From an uncultured Collinsella sp. (GTDB taxonomy: Bacteria; Actinomycetota; Coriobacteriia; Coriobacteriales; Coriobacteriaceae): a DNA stretch of 64,000 nucleotides. The stretch spans positions 68,797 through 132,796 of the forward strand of contig CATXMO010000001.1 in the NCBI GenBank assembly GCA_958372075.1. The letters run 5' to 3'. The notes beneath the pieces were generated by a model. That model did no database searches and was not told the origin of the DNA. It saw only the letters and a list, made by a program, of their open reading frames with translations. Every line of letters starts with the position of its first letter. Positions within the stretch are counted from its first letter, which is position 1. Shown one piece after another: positions 58,033-64,000 of this stretch. The position numbers and the translations under genes are program-made.

Positions 58033-59295
58033 TTAAGCGCTGTAGCCCATCGCCTGCAGGACAAACATGACGACCGTGAGCACCGTAATCACGCCGATAG
58101 TCGCCCACGTGAGCACGTTCCATACGCGGCCGTTGCGGTTGGCGCCCATAATGTGACGGTCGGCGGCGATAACCACCTGGAACACCAGAACCACGGGCAG
58201 TAGCACGCCATTGATGACCTGCGAGGTCATCATAATCTGGAACAGATCGACGCCGGGCATAAGCACCAGCACGGCAGAGATGCCGATGATGGCCGTAATG
58301 ATGCCGCGATAGACCGGGGCCTCGTCCCAGCTGCGATCGGCACCGCGCTCCCAGCCAAATGCCTCGCAGATAGCGCTCGACGTAACGCCCGGCAGCACGC
58401 AGGCAGCCAAGAAACTCGCCGCGACCAGGCCCGAGGCAAACAATACCGTAGACCACTGACCCGCAATAGGCTCCAGCGCGCGGGCAGCATCGGCAGCATC
58501 GCTAATCTGAATACCCGCCGGGAACAGCACCGTACCGGTCGTAATGATAATAAAGCCGGCAATGACATCAGCGGCAAGCGAGCCGCTCACGGTATCGATG
58601 CGCTGCAGCACGATATCGTCCTCGCCCGCGTTCTTATCGACCACGTTGTTCTGCGCCAAGAAAATCATCCACGGCGCGATGGTGGTACCGATCGTTGCGA
58701 CCACGAGCGACACGTAGCTGGGGTCATTTTGAATGTTAGGCACGACCAGGTCGACCGCGACCTCACCCCAGTTGGGGCCAGCCAAAAACGCGGCGACGAT
58801 ATAGGTCACAAACACGCAGCTCACCAGCAGTAGAATCTTCTCGATGCGCTGGAAACTACCCGACATGGTAAGCATCCATACCAGCAGCGCCACCAACGGC
58901 ACCGAGATGCTCGCCGGCACGCCAAAGAGAGCAAGACCGCTGGCGATGCCCGCAAACTCCGAAATGGTCACAGCCGTGTTGGCGATCAACAGCGCCGCCA
59001 TAGCAAGTACACTCTTGCGCACGCCAAAGCGCTCGCGAATGAGCGATGCCAGGCCCTTGCCCGTGACGCAGCCGCAGCGCGCCGCGGTCTCCTGCGTCAC
59101 GATGAGCAGCACGGTCATGACAGGAAGCATCCACAGCATCTTGTAGCCATAGCTGGCGCCCGCGCTGGAATACGTTGCAATGCCGCCGGCATCATTGCCC
59201 GAAAGCGCCGCCAACAGACCGGGACCCATAGCGCCAAAGATGGCCGCGATGGTCAGCTTTTGCTTGGTGCCCGACTTTTGCTTGGTATTTTGCAC
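58033..59295 (-). CDS. mntH: NRAMP-family divalent metal (Mn2+/Fe2+) transporter
   Basis: GPGLLAALSGNDAGG and the MntH-like TM pattern. Start proposed at GTG 59295 after AGGTGG, which avoids overlap with the upstream gene. The track ORF runs to 59358. Confidence 0.8.
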   Translation of the reverse strand: MQNTKQKSGTKQKLTIAAIFGAMGPGLLAALSGNDAGGIATYSSAGASYGYKMLWMLPVMTVLLIVTQETAARCGCVTGKGLASLIRERFGVRKSVLAMAALLIANTAVTISEFAGIASGLALFGVPASISVPLVALLVWMLTMSGSFQRIEKILLLVSCVFVTYIVAAFLAGPNWGEVAVDLVVPNIQNDPSYVSLVVATIGTTIAPWMIFLAQNNVVDKNAGEDDIVLQRIDTVSGSLAADVIAGFIIITTGTVLFPAGIQISDAADAARALEPIAGQWSTVLFASGLVAASFLAACVLPGVTSSAICEAFGWERGADRSWDEAPVYRGIITAIIGISAVLVLMPGVDLFQIMMTSQVINGVLLPVVLVFQVVIAADRHIMGANRNGRVWNVLTWATIGVITVLTVVMFVLQAMGYSA

Positions 59296-59303
59296 GCGAC
59301 CAC

Positions 59304-61148
59304 CTAACCCATGACTGACATGGCGAGCAGCACCGCGGCGATGCAATACGCCACACACGAGATCATGACGGCAATGACGTTCATGGCGGTGCCCGACGTG
59401 TTGAGGTCATGCTCGTCACGCCAGAACAGCACCATCAGGTAAATCACGGCACTCATGTTGCCAACCAGGCAAATGATGGCGGCAATGTTAAAGCAGCCGG
59501 TAAAGAGCTGCTCCTCAAACATAGAGGCATCGGGGAATGCAGCGGTGCGCACCAGCTGGGCGCACAGGTAGGTCACGAGTGACAGAATCAGGCCCATGCC
59601 CGTGCTCTGGAAGAAGAATCCCAGATACGGCTTGGGCTCGTCGTCGTGACCGTCATACTCCAGGAAGTAGTTCTTGACGAACGACACCATGCGCGAGGCC
59701 GCCAGCAGCACGAGCGGCATGGCGCACATGGGGAACACCACCAGATGCGCGGAGCCGAGCGCCGTTCCCAGCACGGTCGCCATGATGCACGATGCGATGC
59801 CCCATACAACAACCCAGTACTGACGATGCACGAACCAGCTGAGCACGTTCGTCGAGTCGTCCGACGCGCTATCGCCCGAGCCGACACCGGCGATCTGCAG
59901 GTCCTCCTGATGCTCCTCGGCGATAACGTCCATGGCGTCGTCGAAGGTCACGATACCAAGGATATGACGGTTCTCGTCGCAGACAGGGATGGCAACCAGG
60001 TCGTACTTGGTCATCTCGTCCGTCACGTCTTCCTGGTCCTCGTCGGGCGACACATAGACCAGGTCGCGATAGGCCAACTGACCCAGCGTGGCGTCGCGGT
60101 CGGCTACGATCAGCGTGCGCAGCGAAAGCACGCCGGTCAGCATGCCACTCGGATCCTCGGTATAGACGTAATAGACGCTCTCGAAGTCCTCGTCGAGCTC
60201 GCGAATCGCCTCGATGGCGTCACCGACCGTTGCCGTGGCGGGCAGGGAGACAAACTCCGAGGTCATGATGCGGCCGGCGGTGTTGTCCTCATACCCCAGC
60301 AGGTTACGAATCGCCTTCTCCTCCTTGACGCCCATCAGGCGCAGGAGCTTCTCGGCCTTCTCGTAATCAAGCTCGTCGATCAGGTCGGCAGCGTCGTCCG
60401 GGTCCATCATGGCCAGCATCGACGATGCGTCCGTGTCGGACAGGCCCTCGAGCATCTCGGTCATAAGCTCGTCGTCATCGAACTCCGAGATAGCTTCGGC
60501 TGCCTGGGCGGTATCGAGCTGCGCAAACACCTGCGCACGTAGGCGCGGGTCGAGCTGCTCGATAATGTCGGCGATGTCGGCAGGGTGCAGCTCGCCGAGC
60601 GTCTTGTGCGACACCGAGAGTTGGATGTTTTTAGTCGAGCGGTCGAGCAGGTCCATGTAGGACCAAGCGATGATGTCCTCGCTGAGCGGCTTGCCCAGGT
60701 GCTTCATAAAGCCCTCGACGACGTGCTCGAGTGCGGGGCTGATCGCGCGCAGCAGACCGCGGGCACCGACCTCGGCACCCAACAGGCGCAGCTGGTTTTC
60801 GCCCGACATGGAAAACTTGATGTCGTTGACGCGCACGACCTTCATGCCCTGCGTGTCGACGATCTGCTTATTGAGCACGTCGCGCGCCAGCAGGAGCTCG
60901 GTCGGCTGCAGGTACGAGAAGCGAATATTGGTGGCAGACGTGTTGAGATACACGCCCGTCTCGTCGATACGGTCGACCCATTTGCGCCAGCTGATCATAA
61001 ACGGCGTCTTGCCGGGGCCGCGGAACGCGAGCGACGTCACGTGCGGAAAAACTTCGCCGGTAGCAATGCCAAAATCGTTGACCACGCCGAGCTTTTCGCC
61101 GTCGACGTCCAAGACCGGCAATTTGAGCATCTCACTCAGATAATTCAA
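59304..61148 (-). CDS. MgtE-N/CBS-pair membrane protein with PRC-barrel-like N-terminal domains (putative divalent-cation transporter or regulator)
   Basis: N-terminal PRC-barrel-like repeats. An MgtE_N-like acidic helical region (DPDDAADLIDELD). A CBS pair. A ~5-TM C-terminal domain. Confidence 0.5.
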   Translation of the reverse strand: MNYLSEMLKLPVLDVDGEKLGVVNDFGIATGEVFPHVTSLAFRGPGKTPFMISWRKWVDRIDETGVYLNTSATNIRFSYLQPTELLLARDVLNKQIVDTQGMKVVRVNDIKFSMSGENQLRLLGAEVGARGLLRAISPALEHVVEGFMKHLGKPLSEDIIAWSYMDLLDRSTKNIQLSVSHKTLGELHPADIADIIEQLDPRLRAQVFAQLDTAQAAEAISEFDDDELMTEMLEGLSDTDASSMLAMMDPDDAADLIDELDYEKAEKLLRLMGVKEEKAIRNLLGYEDNTAGRIMTSEFVSLPATATVGDAIEAIRELDEDFESVYYVYTEDPSGMLTGVLSLRTLIVADRDATLGQLAYRDLVYVSPDEDQEDVTDEMTKYDLVAIPVCDENRHILGIVTFDDAMDVIAEEHQEDLQIAGVGSGDSASDDSTNVLSWFVHRQYWVVVWGIASCIMATVLGTALGSAHLVVFPMCAMPLVLLAASRMVSFVKNYFLEYDGHDDEPKPYLGFFFQSTGMGLILSLVTYLCAQLVRTAAFPDASMFEEQLFTGCFNIAAIICLVGNMSAVIYLMVLFWRDEHDLNTSGTAMNVIAVMISCVAYCIAAVLLAMSVMG

Positions 61149-61442
61149 TGGTGCTCCCCATCATTATTCCTCCGGACGCGGCCGCGCGTGCGGCGTCCGG
61201 GGGCTTCTGGATATGTATACGCATGCGCGGGCGGCACGCCGCTCGACGCTTACACCCCGTGCATGCGCAAAAAGCACCTGCATGGGGTCATCGACTGTAT
61301 GGTCGAGGTTTGGATTTCACCTGTAACCTTTCTCTTGACCCTCATTAACCGCAGTAACTATAGCATCAGCATCGCCCTGCGGCATCGAATTTATGCGCTG
61401 CACATTGCAGGCATACCAAACGCTGACGTATCCGTGACATAG

Positions 61443-61640
61443 CCCTTGGGGACGTTCTTAAACGACTAGTCGTCGGGGACGCTCTTTGCGAGCGACAGAA
61501 AAGGACTGCCCAAACTGCCGGCAAAAAAGGAACGTCCCCAAGTGCCGGCCGTTGGGGACAGTCCCCAAGTGCCGAGTTTTCGCAAGACTGTCCCACATGA
61601 CTACTCGTTTAAGCACGTCCCCGATGACTACTCTGTGGTG
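61443..61640. repeat. Cluster of A-unit and GGAACGTCCCCAAGTGCCG modules. The 3' end of the deacetylase gene lies inside it
   Basis: GGGGACGTTCTTAAACGACTAGTCG (reverse-complement A-unit), GGAACGTCCCCAAGTGCCGGCCGTTGGGGACAGTCCCCAAGTGCCG and ACTCGTTTAAGCACGTCCCCGATGACTAC. The deacetylase stop codon is supplied by the last unit. Confidence 0.7.
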
Positions 61641-63034
61641 TCGTCGTCCTTGGGGAGTTGGGGGAACACGGCGTTTTTGGGCATGGAAACCTTGGTGAGC
61701 GAGGTGAGCTTTTTGCTCAATGCCGTGTCCGTCTTGACCAGGTCGCTGAGCGTCACGATCTTGTAGCCGTCGGCGACAAGGCCATCGATAATCTGCGGCA
61801 ACGCCTCGAGCGTCTGCTCGACGGACTCATCGCTATCGGTGAGCAGCACAATATTGCCCGGCGTCACCGAGTCGAGCACGGTCGATACTTGCTCGTCGGC
61901 GCCGTTGAGCAGCCAGTCGCCCGAATCGATATTCCACGAAACCACGGCGGACACCAGGTCCATCGAGTCGATCCAGTTTTGCTCGTCAAACGCGGCGTAG
62001 GGAGCACGCAGCAACATCGTCTCGACGCCGGTCGCCGACTTAATCGCTTCGGTGCCCTTCGTGATCTGCTTGCGCACCGTCTCGCGATCCTCTCCCTTGA
62101 GCGAATCATCGCTGTAGCTGTTGGAGCCGATCTCGCACCCGGCATCGACAATCGCTTTGGCAGTAGCGGGCGAGGCCTCCGCGGCATCGCCCGAAAGGAA
62201 GAATGTCGCCGTGACGCCCTTTTCCTTGAGCACCTGCAAGATCTGCTTGGTCGCGCCGCTCGGGCCCTCGTCAAATGTCAGGGCCACGTACTTTTCGTTG
62301 CCCTTGGGCGCTACGCTTGCGCACTCGACTACGCAGTCGGTGGCGGGCACGACCTCGCCGCGGTCCTGCGTCTTGCCCGACTGCTCGCCGACCCATACCT
62401 CAGAGCGGCCCCGAACACCCCAGGTTTTGACGTACTCAATGGCACCCGTGCCCTCGACCTTAAGCTTTGGCTCGACAGTCTTGGCCTGGACCTCGTGCTT
62501 TTCGTACGCGTTGCGGCCGTCCTTAACCGTCACCTTCTCGCCACCCGTAAGCTCGCGACTATCCCATTTGCCTTGCTTCACGCGCTTGCCGTCGACCTTC
62601 ACCGACAGCTTTTCGCCACCATGGCGCTTGAGCACGCTGTCGTCGACGGCCAGCAGATCGCCGGCATCGTACGTTTCGGTCAGGCTTTGATCGTCGATAA
62701 GATTCTGCAACGTAGAGCCCACGCGTACCGCGGTCTTTTGCCCGTTGAGTTCCACGTCCACGCTGCGGTTGACGTAGCCCACGACGGCAGCGATAAACAG
62801 CACGAGCGCGCAGCCCACGGCGATGAGTGCATAGGGCAGGTGGGACGGTCGGCGCGGCGAGCGCCCGTTGCCGATGCGCGCACTGCGATCGCTAAACCCA
62901 CGGCTATGGTTGAGGTACATCGCGCCGGGCTTACGGCGACGTTGACGCTGACCGCTGGGCAGCTGCCCCAGGTCGCGGCGCGCCGTCGGACGCACACCCG
63001 AGCGCCCGTTTAAGTTAGATCCGTTTTGGCGCAT
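61628..63034 (-). CDS. Polysaccharide deacetylase (NodB homology domain) with N-terminal TM anchor and Arg-rich cytoplasmic tail
   Basis: ALTFDEGP (the TFDDGP-like motif). TM helix LPYALIAVGCALVLFIAAVV. GGGGAG RBS before ATG 63034. Confidence 0.75.
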   Translation of the reverse strand: MRQNGSNLNGRSGVRPTARRDLGQLPSGQRQRRRKPGAMYLNHSRGFSDRSARIGNGRSPRRPSHLPYALIAVGCALVLFIAAVVGYVNRSVDVELNGQKTAVRVGSTLQNLIDDQSLTETYDAGDLLAVDDSVLKRHGGEKLSVKVDGKRVKQGKWDSRELTGGEKVTVKDGRNAYEKHEVQAKTVEPKLKVEGTGAIEYVKTWGVRGRSEVWVGEQSGKTQDRGEVVPATDCVVECASVAPKGNEKYVALTFDEGPSGATKQILQVLKEKGVTATFFLSGDAAEASPATAKAIVDAGCEIGSNSYSDDSLKGEDRETVRKQITKGTEAIKSATGVETMLLRAPYAAFDEQNWIDSMDLVSAVVSWNIDSGDWLLNGADEQVSTVLDSVTPGNIVLLTDSDESVEQTLEALPQIIDGLVADGYKIVTLSDLVKTDTALSKKLTSLTKVSMPKNAVFPQLPKDDDTTE

Positions 63035-63106
63035 GTGCGCTCCCCCATAAACACAGCGAGCCGGAGCAACATGTCTCCGGCTCGCCTCCCATCATTTGGT
63101 ACGTCG

Positions 63107-63862
63107 CTATTTGCTAGCTTTTGACGAGTTCCCGCTCGCCTTTTGATATTCGTCCTTAAAGGCCTTGAACATACCGCGCGTCTTGCCGAGCTGCTTGCCC
63201 AGTGCGCGGCTGCCCTTGTCAACGGCAACCGATCCCTTGTCATCGAGCACCTTGGCGCCCTTCTTGACCTTATCGCCCACCGCGACACCGGCCTCGGCAG
63301 CCTTGGCGGCCACGCCGCCCGAATACCCGAGCGCCTTGACCTCGTCCGAGACAATCATCGCGCCGTCCTCGTAGCCGCGCAGCATCATCGGCGGCACCTG
63401 CGTGTCGCCCACCAGCACGCTCGAAGCGGCGCCGGCAGTCACGTAGAACATCTGCACAATACCCGAGCGCGGCTTGAACTCAACGTCCGAGCAGTAGCCC
63501 ACGACATCGCCCGATTCCGTGCGCACATCCATACCAACCCAGATGATGCAATCGTCCAGATTGATATCGAGGCGCTTGGCCGCGGCGGCATCGTAGGTGC
63601 CCTTGACGTCGTCGACCGCGACAGCGCCCTCATAGACGCCGATGGCATCGAGCGCCACAAAGCGGTCGGGGCGCTCGATCATGCCCGCGATATCGGACTG
63701 GCGGACCATAAAGCCCACCACGCGCGTGCCGCCCGGGGTAAAGACGGGAAAGTGAATCTTGCCGAGCTTTTTAGGGTTGCGCGGCGTGCCGTCCTTTTTG
63801 GTGCGCTTGTCTTCGGCAGGCTTACGATAAACCTTGACGCCGACAAAATCCCCTGCGCGCAT
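63107..63862 (-). CDS. PRC-barrel domain protein, unknown function
   Basis: 251 aa. PRC-barrel-like core with a Lys/Ala-rich C-terminus. Its ATG overlaps the upstream gene stop (TAATG). Confidence 0.5.
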   Translation of the reverse strand: MRAGDFVGVKVYRKPAEDKRTKKDGTPRNPKKLGKIHFPVFTPGGTRVVGFMVRQSDIAGMIERPDRFVALDAIGVYEGAVAVDDVKGTYDAAAAKRLDINLDDCIIWVGMDVRTESGDVVGYCSDVEFKPRSGIVQMFYVTAGAASSVLVGDTQVPPMMLRGYEDGAMIVSDEVKALGYSGGVAAKAAEAGVAVGDKVKKGAKVLDDKGSVAVDKGSRALGKQLGKTRGMFKAFKDEYQKASGNSSKASK

Positions 63863-64000
63863 TATGCCTCGGTCGAGGGCTCCGTGGCCTCGGTGTCGGC
63901 CTCAGTGACGTTCTCGACCACGACGTCGGCAGCGGGCGTCACATTGCCGCCCGAGATGGCGTTGTTGAGCTGCTCGCGAAGCTGGTCCATGCGCTCGCGG
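63862..64000 (-). CDS. 3' end of a minus-strand gene continuing beyond the window (C-terminus ...RERMDQLREQLNNAISGGNVTPAADVVVENVTEADTEATEPSTEA)
   Basis: Open frame to the window edge. Its stop TAA overlaps the downstream start. Identity unknown. Confidence 0.3.
   Translation of the reverse strand, partial: RERMDQLREQLNNAISGGNVTPAADVVVENVTEADTEATEPSTEA

Noticed and set aside
59295-59358. Longer N-terminal extension of mntH from the track ATG at 59358
   Set aside because: It would overlap the upstream MgtE-N/CBS gene by 54 nt. A GTG at 59295 with an AGGTGG RBS gives a standard NRAMP N-terminus.

Overview
This is a GC-rich, gene-dense chromosomal window with no rRNA, tRNA, CRISPR array, integrase or transposase that I can recognise. 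The gene content (NikR plus hypFCDE, many LuxR-type membrane regulators, lipoproteins with L-x-G-C lipoboxes, PTS and GH1 genes) is reminiscent of a Coriobacteriia/Collinsella-like actinobacterium; that is inference only. From 5' to 3' the window holds: the 3' part of a GHKL-type sensor kinase, a UDG-like gene, trxA, and a small protein translationally coupled to nikR followed by hypF-hypC-hypD-hypE. Next come a HAD hydrolase, a lipoprotein, a minus-strand AraC / GH1 6-phospho-beta-glucosidase / PTS EIIA(Glc) operon, a large putative glycoside hydrolase, and an RpiR regulator. These are followed by an unusual HTH-XRE::desulfoferrodoxin fusion, pyrE, a P-type Mg2+ ATPase with a non-M-box leader, a block of lipoproteins and zinc-ribbon proteins, and a LuxR-type polytopic membrane regulator. 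The middle of the window carries a DUF4038/GH140-like hydrolase, a PTS EIIBC, a serine hydrolase, a DUF1593 protein, a zinc-ribbon/SPFH(COG4260)/lipoprotein module convergent with a LiaFSR-like membrane-protein/HisKA_3-kinase/NarL-regulator operon, and a second GH1 paralog. The 3' third holds a LacI-controlled sugar operon (FucI-like isomerase, split transketolase, FGGY kinase, luxS, cupin-like protein), a ribokinase / nucleoside hydrolase pair, an OatA-like acyltransferase, mntH, an MgtE-N/CBS membrane protein, a polysaccharide deacetylase and a PRC-barrel protein. Beyond the genes, the most striking content is an unusually dense family of modular intergenic repeats at nine or more loci, including a ~105-nt hairpin element in three near-identical copies whose stems differ by compensatory changes. 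There is also a structured 3' element shared by two unrelated genes with covarying hairpins, several recurrent terminator-hairpin families, and an AT-rich ~210-bp islet bounded by perfect 16-bp inverted repeats that encodes a 34-aa hydrophobic peptide. Many long antisense ORFs in the six-frame track are GC-rich shadow ORFs and were rejected.
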